This document shows positions 21,604-31,323 of a stretch of 62,000 nucleotides of DNA, piece after piece (the stretch's first letter is position 1; each line of letters begins with the position of its first letter). The DNA comes from Wallemia ichthyophaga EXF-994 (taxonomy: Eukaryota > Fungi > Basidiomycota). The DNA lies in contig NW_008806277.1 of the NCBI RefSeq assembly GCF_000400465.1, positions 20,001 through 82,000 of the forward strand, given 5' to 3'. Position numbers and translations under genes: made by a program. A model generated the notes under the pieces. That model was not told the DNA's origin. It saw nothing but the letters and a program-made list of their open reading frames with translations, and ran no database searches.

Positions 21604-22680
21604 ATGAGATACCTTGAAATATCCAAGCACAGCTCTATATCCCCGAACGATCTCATAAATTCAATAAACAAGGCAAACCTAACGCCACCACTGCAAGTAC
21701 TCTACAACAATCACAATGACGTCTTCTACTTTGAATTTGCACACAGTATTGATGCTATTGAGGCGCTGAAATGGTGTGATAAGTGGGTTAGATTGGTTGG
21801 TGGCAGTAACGGTGATCAAGTACAGTCACAGGTACACTCAGAGCAATACCCACAGCCACACTCCCTCAACCAGCACTCATCCTCAGGTCCGCCTGTTGGT
21901 AGCATCCTAAATCCACTCATAGTAACTCACTCTGATCCGATCTCGCCCCCACTTTCCCCCAAATCACCCAAATCACCCAATTCCTCTTTGTCTACTTTTA
22001 ACGCTTCTCCACCGCAGAATTTGTTTGATGTATTAGCCTCGTTGCCTGGTGCAAATACAAACACTGTAAACACTGTAAACACAGCCAACACAACACAAAG
22101 CATACACACTCCACACCGCACACAAACACCAAACAACTCCCTCCCTCCCATCCTCAACACTGGCAGCCAGGGACCGATGCAGATGCAACCCGGCGACTGG
22201 GTGTGTTCGTGCGGCTTCGTTAATTGGAGGAGAAGGAAGTCGTGCTACCGGTGCTATCCATTTGCAAATGGTAATGAGAGTGGTAGCGGTAATAATGGGG
22301 AGCTGGCTAGGGCTGCTCAGAAGGCTGCTCAGTTGGCTGAGGAGGGTTTGAGCGAAAGTCAAGACAATCAAGACATTCACAACACCCAAGACACTCACAA
22401 TTCTACTCACAACGATTCTGCGTTTGCGTTCGACACACATCTTCTTAATGTCGGCTTGGGCCGTTTGGAGCTGAACCAGTTGGACCATCACCCACATCAC
22501 CCAGAACACCCCACCTTAGACTATCGCACTTTCTTGGCGTCCAGAAAGGCGTGGGACAGCGGTAATGATGGTGGTTTTAATGGCGGCGGCGGTGGTGGTA
22601 GCGTCGGAGTGGATCACAACGCGCACGACACCTTTGACCAACTTGGGGAAATCTTGCAGCGCGTGCAGTCAAGCCGTTGA
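21604..22680 (+). CDS. RanBP2-type zinc-finger RNA-binding protein (Nrp1-like)
   Basis: GDWVCSCGFVNWRRRKSCYRC (W-x-C-x-C-x3-N-x6-C-x2-C), degenerate RRM-like N-terminus, low-complexity N/T/H tracts. Confidence 0.75.
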   Translation: MRYLEISKHSSISPNDLINSINKANLTPPLQVLYNNHNDVFYFEFAHSIDAIEALKWCDKWVRLVGGSNGDQVQSQVHSEQYPQPHSLNQHSSSGPPVGSILNPLIVTHSDPISPPLSPKSPKSPNSSLSTFNASPPQNLFDVLASLPGANTNTVNTVNTANTTQSIHTPHRTQTPNNSLPPILNTGSQGPMQMQPGDWVCSCGFVNWRRRKSCYRCYPFANGNESGSGNNGELARAAQKAAQLAEEGLSESQDNQDIHNTQDTHNSTHNDSAFAFDTHLLNVGLGRLELNQLDHHPHHPEHPTLDYRTFLASRKAWDSGNDGGFNGGGGGGSVGVDHNAHDTFDQLGEILQRVQSSR

Positions 22681-22904
22681 CTGGAGAGCGAATGTGGAAT
22701 GTGGATGGACACAGGAACACATAAGCGTGTGGATGGATATCAACACATGATTTTTCCGGTATTTTTCTTATCTTTTCTGATGACCACTTGCTTTCTTGGA
22801 TACCATTGAGTATGAGCACGAGTTTATCTATTTCTACTTTTATTTATACATTTCCAAACGCAATTCCGCATTCTTGTATAACAAATCAACTCATTCAAGT
22901 CATT

Positions 22905-24521
22905 CTAAAAAGTACCCAACTCCTCACTGACAATAAAGTCCGCCTCTGTGTTCCTTCTGACGTCGTCGAGGGTAGAATCTTCAGCGACATCAGTCAACAC
23001 CAATGTGCCACGCTCGTAGTCGACAGCAAACACCGCCAACTCGGTGATAATTTTCCATATGCATCGTGAGCCCGTGAGAGGGAGGCTGCATTGATTAAGC
23101 ACTTTACTGCGACCGTACTTATCGTTGTGTTCCATGAGCACCATGATGCGGGTATGTTTGGGGTTACTGACGAGATCCATAGCACCGCCCATACCTGTAG
23201 GTGGCTAGTCAGCGATAAAACGTCTCCGGCTAAGCACTAAGCGCTGCTTCAGGAACAACCTACCCTTCATCAGCTTGCCCGGTATCATATAGTTGGCGAG
23301 GTTGCCAGCGCAGTCGACCTGAAAAGCGCCCAGCATGCTCACGTCAATCCTTCCACTCCTGATCATGCCGAATGACTCATCACTCCCGAATGCCGCGGCA
23401 CCTTTACGCAGCGTCACTGTCTCCTTACTCGCGTTGATGGTGTCGGGGTCGACAGCGTCTGCGTGGGGATAGCCACCGATATTGAGCAGCCCGTTCTCTG
23501 CTTGAACAGTGACACCCGAGTGTGAAGGTATGTATTCGGGTACGCGGCCTGGTATCCCCACACCGAGGTTCACTACCTCCCCACTACCCACTTCGCGCGC
23601 TGCTCGACGCGCTATCCTGTCCTTGAGTGTGAGAGTGGGGACTTTCGTAGCCGCAGTCTCGCTCGCACCCCCGTCCTCACTCTTACCAGCCTCGCTCACG
23701 CGCAACACCTCAATCTCGGCAGAGGTCGTCGCAGGGCACACCCTATCCACATAGACACCGGGGACGTGTACGTGGTTAGGGTGAATGGCGCCAACATCTA
23801 CGATTTCCTCCGCTTCGACGATGGTGAGAGGGGCGGCCTTTGCCATGACGCTGTTAAAGTTGTTAGCCGAGCTATTAAAGACGAGGTTGCCAGCGTGATC
23901 AGCGATTCGAGCGCGTACGATGGCAACATCGGCGTGTAGGGCGTGTTCAAGGAGGTAGTTGCGACCGCCGAACGAGCGCGTCTCACGGGGAGGCTGGTGA
24001 GCAAGAGCGTTGCCTGCGTCGTCATACGCACTCACCAGCCCGCCCACCTCCACAGCCGTGCCTGCGCCAGTGGGAGTGTAGAATGCAGGCACGCCGCGCG
24101 CGGCTGCACTCACCCGCTCTGCTATGCTGCCTTGGGGCGTGAGCTCGACGGTGATCTGCCCGCGTCTGTACCCCTCTTCCAAGGTGCGGTTGTTGCCGAG
24201 ATAGCTGCAGATCAGTCTCGTCACTTTACCCGGCGTGCTGAGGAGCCGGGCCAGCCCCTTCTCCCCCACACCGGGATTGTTGGATATGGCGGTGAGGCTG
24301 TGCAGGTCTGTGCGGCGTTGTATAGCGTCGATCAACGTGCTTGGGATGCCACACAGCCCAAACCCCCCGCTGTACAGCCTCGTTCGCGATCGGAGGTCCG
24401 CGATCGCCGCACTGGCATCGCTGTACACCTTGCGTGGCTGCTGCGTGGTGTAAAGTCGCACGCTAGTTCGCACCCTTAAGCCCACGCGCACGCTAGTGTT
24501 GATAGCAGCTCGCGACGTCAT
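22905..24521 (-). CDS. Succinyl-CoA:3-ketoacid CoA transferase (SCOT), mitochondrial; intron near 23200-23250
   Basis: YSGGFGLCGIP, LTPQGSIAER, VNLGVGIP, QAENGLL (catalytic Glu), GNLANYMIPGK|GMGGAMDLV. Confidence 0.93.
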
Positions 24522-24576
24522 CGATGATGGTGGTTGATAAGCAAGAGAAATAAAAATAAGATATAATACACTATCG

Positions 24577-25389
24577 CTAGCTTGCTCCGGCTGCCAGACT
24601 CGCCGACCAGCGCTTGCGCTGCCAGTTGAGCAGCACGGGGACGAGTTCAGCGATGCCGATATCCGGCCAGAACGCATCGACGACTTGCACGTGGGTGTTG
24701 TGGAGGGAAGCCTGGAACATGAGGAAGTCGCTGAAGCGGTTGACGGCAGAGGAGCGAACGAGGATGTCTAGTGGGGGAGAGTGGTGCGTCATGAGGTGGG
24801 CGTCGAAAGCGCGTCTGTCCCCGCCACTGTGGAGCATTGCGGTGGACATCTCGTCTCTGCTCGTGTACGGCATGCATATGTTGAGCGTAGCCCCGTCGTT
24901 GTGCTGCGTGCGCGTCTCGATCTCCACCAGCTTGGCGCGCACGTCGGCGCGCAGGAGGTGGGTCGCGCCCAGCACGGCTATACGTACATTATGCTGCTGC
25001 ACGATATCACCGTGCTGCGCGATCTCGGCGAGCTTTTCACTCGCGAGCCCCATCAAGTATTCCACCTCGTCATCCCCCCGGTTGAAATTCTCGATGGAGA
25101 AAGCGTATACGGAGACAGTGCGTACGTGGAGACGCAGGCAGAATTCAAGCACGCGCCGTAGCCCCAGGAAGCCACCCTCGTGGCCACTCTTTATCGCTAG
25201 GTTGTGCTGCCGGGCGAATCGCCGGTTGCCATCCATAATGAAACCTATGTGGGATGGTACACCGCCGAGCTTGAGCACAGAGATTAGCAGCTGGGATCGC
25301 CAGTCGCTGAATTGCTGCTTGGAGGTGTACGTGCTGAGCGTGGCGCGTGGAATCACGTCGGGCTGGAGTGCTGGATACGGGGATGACAT
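24577..25389 (-). CDS. RER2: cis-prenyltransferase / dehydrodolichyl diphosphate synthase
   Basis: PSHIGFIMDGNRRFAR, SVYAFSIENFNR, LNICMPYTSRDE, PLDILVRSS..RFSDF, FWPD. Confidence 0.92.
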   Translation of the reverse strand: MSSPYPALQPDVIPRATLSTYTSKQQFSDWRSQLLISVLKLGGVPSHIGFIMDGNRRFARQHNLAIKSGHEGGFLGLRRVLEFCLRLHVRTVSVYAFSIENFNRGDDEVEYLMGLASEKLAEIAQHGDIVQQHNVRIAVLGATHLLRADVRAKLVEIETRTQHNDGATLNICMPYTSRDEMSTAMLHSGGDRRAFDAHLMTHHSPPLDILVRSSAVNRFSDFLMFQASLHNTHVQVVDAFWPDIGIAELVPVLLNWQRKRWSASLAAGAS

Positions 25390-25407
25390 GGTTGATGGGC
25401 TGCAACC

Positions 25408-25929
25408 ATGTTGGATGAGCTGGATGGCGACCACGTCGATAGCATCGAGGAGCTCTTTGATGAGGGTTTTATAGCGTCGTTGGGGAGCGCAGGCAGTGGC
25501 AGTGGCAGCACCAACATCAACACCAATATACACACCTGCACCACCTGCTTCAAATCATTTCCCTCCCAATGGAACCTCGACAGACACGCTACTATTCACT
25601 CCCCCGACAAAGACTTCAAGTGTGCTTTGTGTGGTAAAATTTTCGCATTGAAAGACAAATACCAGCAACACCTGCGGAGGCATAGGGGTGATGTCACAAA
25701 GCACACTTGTCCAGAATGCGGGAAAGAGTACACGGACAAATCCAGCCTCAAGCATCACCTAGCAACGCACAACACACCCAGACAGCGCTACAAATGTCCA
25801 ATATGCAATCTATCCTACACGAAACCACGAACGACCAAGATGCACATACTACGAGAACATCTAGAGGGGAGGGAGGGGGTGAATGTGAATGAAATACCAC
25901 TGGATGAGGGTGTTTACGCCTTTTTCTAG
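25408..25929 (+). CDS. C2H2 zinc-finger protein (4 fingers)
   Basis: CTTC..HATIH, CALC..HLRRH, CPEC..HLATH, CPIC..HILREH. Confidence 0.88.
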   Translation: MLDELDGDHVDSIEELFDEGFIASLGSAGSGSGSTNINTNIHTCTTCFKSFPSQWNLDRHATIHSPDKDFKCALCGKIFALKDKYQQHLRRHRGDVTKHTCPECGKEYTDKSSLKHHLATHNTPRQRYKCPICNLSYTKPRTTKMHILREHLEGREGVNVNEIPLDEGVYAFF

Positions 25930-25934
25930 ACGGC

Positions 25935-26465
25935 TTAATCGAATACAGTGTCCTCGGGTGCACAGCGGTGTAGATGGCCATCACTCCTCACCGTCACGCC
26001 ATCGACATCGCGCGGTAGAGACTTGCGCATGTCGTATGCATCTTCGTGGTCGCCGTAGTAGCCAACGACGCGCCTGAAGACGGAGTAGCCGAGTTTTGTA
26101 TACATATGGATGGCATTGGAGTTGGTGAGGCGTACGAAGAGGTCGACAAAGTAGGTGGGCGAGAGCGTAGCAGAGAGGTGCTCGCATGCTTTCATAAGCT
26201 CGCTGGCGAGACCAATCTTGCGATGAGTGGGGGATATAGAGAGAGCGGTAACGTGGCCGTGGTGGTCCAAGCCCCGCCCTTCAATTTTACCGAACAAATA
26301 ACCCATCAAGGAGGAATCAGGGTGCGTGAGGCTGATGCAGATATCAGGCCAATTGATGAGGTATTGCTGGTAGAACGAGATGGAATACGTCTCTGTCCAG
26401 TAATCGAGGTTTATTTTATTGAAATTCAGAATATCCGTCGATTTAAAGCTCTTTATCGTCGTCAT
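25935..26465 (-). CDS. NAT3: NatB N-terminal acetyltransferase catalytic subunit (Nat3/NAA20)
   Basis: MTTIKSF..NLDYWTETY, HGHVTALSISP, FVDLFVR, GYSVFRRVVGYY..EDAYDMRK. Confidence 0.93.
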   Translation of the reverse strand: MTTIKSFKSTDILNFNKINLDYWTETYSISFYQQYLINWPDICISLTHPDSSLMGYLFGKIEGRGLDHHGHVTALSISPTHRKIGLASELMKACEHLSATLSPTYFVDLFVRLTNSNAIHMYTKLGYSVFRRVVGYYGDHEDAYDMRKSLPRDVDGVTVRSDGHLHRCAPEDTVFD

Positions 26466-26467
26466 TG

Positions 26468-27250
26468 ATGAAGGCAGAAGAGCGGAGCGTGGTTGAGGCG
26501 TTGGGCGAGTTGGGAGTACACAGGAGAGAGTGTGTGAGGGAGAATGATGAAAATATCCCCACAGACACACTCCACGCGGATTTGATGAGCAATCTCAGGC
26601 TGATTTCAGTGCATTTGAACAAACTTGTAATCTCAACAAAGAAGCCAGTGAATTGGAGTTTATTGAACCAGCTAATCCCAGACTTGAATGGATATCTGAA
26701 TAATCTAGTTTTTATTCTGAAATCCACAAAGTCTCACTTGCTCAAGAAGAATTGGCTGGGTATCTTCAACGACATCCTCGATAACATCCATGGATTACTG
26801 TCCAGCGTTATAGAATACAGCTACAGTGATATCATGAATCACGCTGAAATCATTCATCAAATATCCCTCTCCAATCTCCCTTGTTCTGAACTACAGGCTT
26901 TGAAGACGTCCCTTTACTCCCTCCTAGACATATTCAAGGACACGCAAAACGAGATCAGCGATTTAGACCTCGTTGAAAGCGACTTGTCGGACAAAGGTCA
27001 GAAAATTCTCAAAATTTCTCACTCACTTCCCAATAAATTCGAGCAATTGATAGACTCAATAAAAGATACAGACAATCTCCATCAAATACACACTAAATCC
27101 ACCCAGTTGTCAGATATCTGGGATGACGTAGTGTACAACCTCGATGACGATCATTCGGATGACTTTAACCAGTCAGCTGATAACTTGATGCGGGTGTACA
27201 ACGACATATTTAGCAGCGTGCAAGTTGACCTATCCAAGTTGAAGATATGA
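26468..27250 (+). CDS. Hypothetical helical protein, possibly GCIP/CCNDBP1-like
   Basis: Uninterrupted 260-aa ORF with Leu/Asp-rich amphipathic helices; family call is a weak visual resemblance and the start is uncertain. Confidence 0.55.
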   Translation: MKAEERSVVEALGELGVHRRECVRENDENIPTDTLHADLMSNLRLISVHLNKLVISTKKPVNWSLLNQLIPDLNGYLNNLVFILKSTKSHLLKKNWLGIFNDILDNIHGLLSSVIEYSYSDIMNHAEIIHQISLSNLPCSELQALKTSLYSLLDIFKDTQNEISDLDLVESDLSDKGQKILKISHSLPNKFEQLIDSIKDTDNLHQIHTKSTQLSDIWDDVVYNLDDDHSDDFNQSADNLMRVYNDIFSSVQVDLSKLKI

Positions 27251-27338
27251 GGACTGCGACATGTAATAACCTGATTTTCCCACGTCGTACATAAATCACA
27301 TCTGACCTCAGCACATGATTTCCATTAGAAGAACAACG

Positions 27339-27716
27339 ATGAGCCCAATAACACACGCGCTTAGAAAAGCCACAGTGGCTGCACCGCTTGCACGACCAGC
27401 CACAGCCACAGCCACAACTACTGCCAGACAAATACACCGCACAGCACCCCTCTTGAAAGCCCTAGACAACAAAGCAACGTCGTCATGGCCAGAAGGCAGC
27501 TCATCACGTCCACACACCGAGTACAAGCCAGTTGAAGGTCGTGAAGGCAAGACGGCCAGACTGATATTCCGCATAAAGCCATCAGATATCCCGATGGAAC
27601 TGCTGCCTCTGTTTGCGGCTGTTGGCTTCGCTGTCGTTGGCGCATCGGCGTACGGCGTTTATGCGCTCTGGAATGACAAGACACTGCGTGTGCACAGACA
27701 CGGCGAGCGTAAGTAG
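27339..27716 (+). CDS. NDUFA4/B12D-like mitochondrial membrane protein
   Basis: Arg/Ala/Thr-rich presequence, then IPMELLPLFAAVGFAVVGASAYGVYALWNDKTLRV. Confidence 0.75.
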   Translation: MSPITHALRKATVAAPLARPATATATTTARQIHRTAPLLKALDNKATSSWPEGSSSRPHTEYKPVEGREGKTARLIFRIKPSDIPMELLPLFAAVGFAVVGASAYGVYALWNDKTLRVHRHGERK

Positions 27717-27797
27717 GAGTTGGCGAGGATGACGATTGTAACGCTTCTGTAACGACATGACGAAATGAATATGTATTTCTGTTTCCTTTCAACTCCT

Positions 27798-28145
27798 TTA
27801 CTCCCGCTTGGATTCTCCTACCGCTTGCGTCTTCTCGCCCTGCGCTTTTATCCCGTAATCCGCCGTGAATCGCCAATGAACAGCGTTGGTGAGCCCAACA
27901 TCGCCGCGAACAACGCCAAGCATCTTGAGAACGCCCTTGAATAACACCAGTGTGAGATAACATCCAGATAGCTCTAGCACCCAATGCAGCGCTCTGTGCT
28001 CAAGCAGTACGTGTGCTTGGAAATACTGCAGATAGCAATTCACGCCTACTATAACGAGGTATATCGGCAGACTGCGCCGCATCACCATCTTGTCTTTGTC
28101 CGACAGCCTCCTCAGGTGTCTCTCTACGCTGTTTGGTGTGCTCAT
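27798..28145 (-). CDS. Hypothetical small membrane protein (2 hydrophobic segments)
   Basis: 115-aa ATG ORF filling the gap between convergent genes; LPIYLVIVGVNCYL and GCYLTLVLFKGVLKMLGVV. Confidence 0.5.
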   Translation of the reverse strand: MSTPNSVERHLRRLSDKDKMVMRRSLPIYLVIVGVNCYLQYFQAHVLLEHRALHWVLELSGCYLTLVLFKGVLKMLGVVRGDVGLTNAVHWRFTADYGIKAQGEKTQAVGESKRE

Positions 28146-28258
28146 TTGGAAGCCCGGGTTTAGGAAGCCACATCCCGAGTGGATCTTTCAGACGTAAAAA
28201 AAAAGAGTCATCTTATTCAATTTCATTCGCATTGTAGTGTTTACATGTTTTGTTGACG

Positions 28259-30907
28259 TCACTCTCCCTCACCCACGCCGTATCTCAAACAAGGTCCAGC
28301 GATGTTGACATTGTGGAACGCAGGGACTTGCGACTTTTTCCTGTGTATATGTTCCAATGTGCGTTTGAAGTGACTGACTACGTTGTGCACGGTGAGGTTA
28401 ACGTCAACGGTGGATGGTGCTTTCAATTCGACGCTGATAGGGTGGTTATCAACCGCGTCTACTTGGTCTATCTTGGTAGAAATGCACTCTACCACACCAT
28501 TAGCCGCATTACTAAGATTTGCAACGCTCTCCACGCCCGCCCCATCCTCGAGATACATGAGGTATGTGTCAAGGATATCCACATAAACTTGTGCGCTAGT
28601 GAGTGGATCGATGAGGTGGGATGCAATGTCGGCTGCTCTACCCAACACGCGTCCCAACTTATCTTCCTCATGGGTATATACACCGGAAGCCACCATGAGC
28701 GACTCGGCCTGGTGCGACTTCTTCACCATCTTCGCTGCGAGGTTGATCAATTTATCTGCGAGCGTCGCGTAGTCGTGTGCGTTCACCTCCAGCCTTTGCA
28801 GCGCCCGCGTCGCTTCTGCCACCAATCGCATCTGGTATTTGGAGCTGACGACCTGCTCCTCGACCAGCAGCAGTGCCTCGCTGAACAGCTCGTACGCCAC
28901 CGCACCCATCTCCTTCTCCTTCTCCTTCTCGGCTGTCGACGCCGCCGCGGCCGCGCGGATGAAAAGGCGTGCGCAGTCCTCGGGTGTATCTGCCAAGACG
29001 TGTAGGTGGAAAATAGACTGGTGGATGAAAGCAAACAGTGCATCGTGCGCATACGACCTGCTTAGCTGTATAGCGCGAGTGACGAGGGTGGGGAAAGTGA
29101 ACACGATGCGTCGCCCGCCCCTGCCCAGTTTCTCGCCCGTCTTTCTGAGCAGCGCGAATTGTGTAGGAGGGTCATCTGAGTGGAAGAGGTGGATGAGGCG
29201 CGCGAGTGAGCCTTGCTCGCTGGCCAGCTCCATATCCGATTCTGAATCTGTATCTGTTGCGTCGTGGGGCGCATCGCTGATAAGCACCGCGCATAGGTCG
29301 AGCAGGTCACCCACATCCTGCTCGTCGGACACGATTGTGTGGCTGTCGAGTAGCGCGCGGCAAATGTCCTGCGCGACACTCTTGCGTGAGTGGTATGGCT
29401 GCATGCGCAATAGCGGCGCGTAAGACGTCAAAGCGAGCAACGTCAACATACTCTTGTAACTCCCAATCGGCGCGCGCAGCAGCGCAAGCACATTCGTAAC
29501 CGTCGCAGGTGAGTGCTGTGGCACCTCATCTAGCTTCGCCTGCGTGAACGAGAGCACTTGGTCGACATATTCCAATCTGTCCGGGTAGCAGTTGAGCGAG
29601 AGAACAAGCAACGAGCCCAATAACGCAGTTATATCCTGCATAGATAGATCTGGACGTGTGTCTATCAGCCTCACTATCTGCTCCCAGAACATCTCGAATA
29701 GCTTAACAGAGTGTGGGATTCCGCGGTATTTCTCCACTTCTTCTTCTCGTCCTTTACCTTTACCTGAGGTCTTTTCTGAGGTGGCACTGCCATTCTTTTC
29801 ACCTTCACGCTTCGCCCTCACTTTTTCCTGCAACCGCTTCTCAATCTCGACATCCTGTTGCTTGAGATCTTCGGGCGACTGCTGCTCAGCCTCTCGCCTC
29901 GCATACTGTGAGAGGCGGTCAATGAGGGATATGACAATCTGCTTGATGTTGACGCGAGTATTGAGCTGCGACGCGGCTGTGAGAAAAGGCGTGAGAGTGT
30001 TGAGTTGAAATTCATCCGGGAACACTTGTATAACGACCTCCATGAGATACTCCTGCGCAATAACGTCACGACAGTTTACGACCTGCTCGAGTATGTTGGG
30101 GAGTATGACAGACTGATATGTGTGCAAGTCAAGTTCCTCGAGCTGCGAGAGACGCACGAGGTTGGTGCCGACAAGAATACGCAGCTCCTTCCTCTCCAAT
30201 TCCCTCCTTTCCCTGTCCCTCGAGTGGCCCTGGTGTTGCAGTCTAACCCAGAGTTTGTTCATCTCGATAAAGTTGGAAAGAATAAAAGCGATGCTGTCGT
30301 TGAGTGTCCCCTGGCTCTTATCGGTGGAGTTCAGAGTCACTGGTAGATAATCCCTCGTCTGGCCCGACAGGTAGTGTCTAAGGAACAGGCCGCGGATCGG
30401 ATGCTGTACCCCGCGAGACATTTCCATGATATCTTTGATTATCTCTCGGACGGGCGCGTCTGGAACAGACATGTACACTGAAGCCACAGTTATCATCAGG
30501 TAGAGTCTGGGGATGATGTTTGAAGCGTATTGCACCAACTCGTATAGATCAGCGAGGTGGTGCTTCGACGACATGTGTGCGTCGTATAAGTAGGTAGACA
30601 GAAAGCGGAGACTGTCGAATATTGACATGTACAGCTCGTAATAAGCTTTGGGGCCTAGAGAAGACGTTCGCAGCTCGGATAACATGGCAGAGGCAGATTT
30701 GAAAGCATCAATGAGCTCATCGCTGTCGAGGCATTTCTTCATTTGTATTTGGTGAGTCTGAGGTGTTGGCGTGGTGTTAGCCGTGAGCTCAGTGATGCGT
30801 GTCAGTTGACTCACTTTAACGGCACTCAAAGCCTCGATTAGTAGCTGCGTAGGGGATCAGCGTGGTCCCCGCGTGCTGTGTATATCTCCCACTTTGGGCT
30901 CATCCAT
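28259..30907 (-). CDS. VPS35: Retromer subunit Vps35 (15- and 30-nt first exons)
   Basis: Spliced start MDEPK|LLIEALSAVK|THQIQMKKCLD; LYELVQYASNIIPRLYL; SRGVQHPIRGLFLRHYL (PRLYL motif). Confidence 0.96.
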
Positions 30908-31323
30908 TTGATAGATGATGGTTGTTTGATAAAGAGAAGCAACGGCAGTGGATGTCGAAACGATAACTGACAGCAACAGCAGCAGCAGTGGCCCATTCAC
31001 TCTGCCCATCACACGTCTCCCCCCACTCCAAATCCGGTCACCCCGCTATAACCACCGTTAAGGAAAAAACGCGTAGATATTGCAAGATAAGGGTATGTAA
31101 TTAGTCAGCTGGATTCCCTGATTGCAGCAATACCAACCATCTCTTACATCTCAACTTTCCAAATATAGAAGTCAGAGTATTTTATGCACTGCCCGCGATT
31201 TCACATTTTGAACCAGAACACTCATCAAGTAAATTACAAAGGCGTTGCGTTGAGTTGACAACACGTGCCATAACATATAAAGCAGACACAACACAAAACA
31301 CATCGCACAAAGCACACAGCACA

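Noticed and set aside
22050-22140. AACACTGTA-type short repeats
   Set aside because: Coding low-complexity (NTV/NTT) repeats inside the RanBP2-finger protein.
24614-25474. 286-aa plus-strand ORF
   Set aside because: Antisense to GC-rich RER2; long shadow ORFs are expected there.
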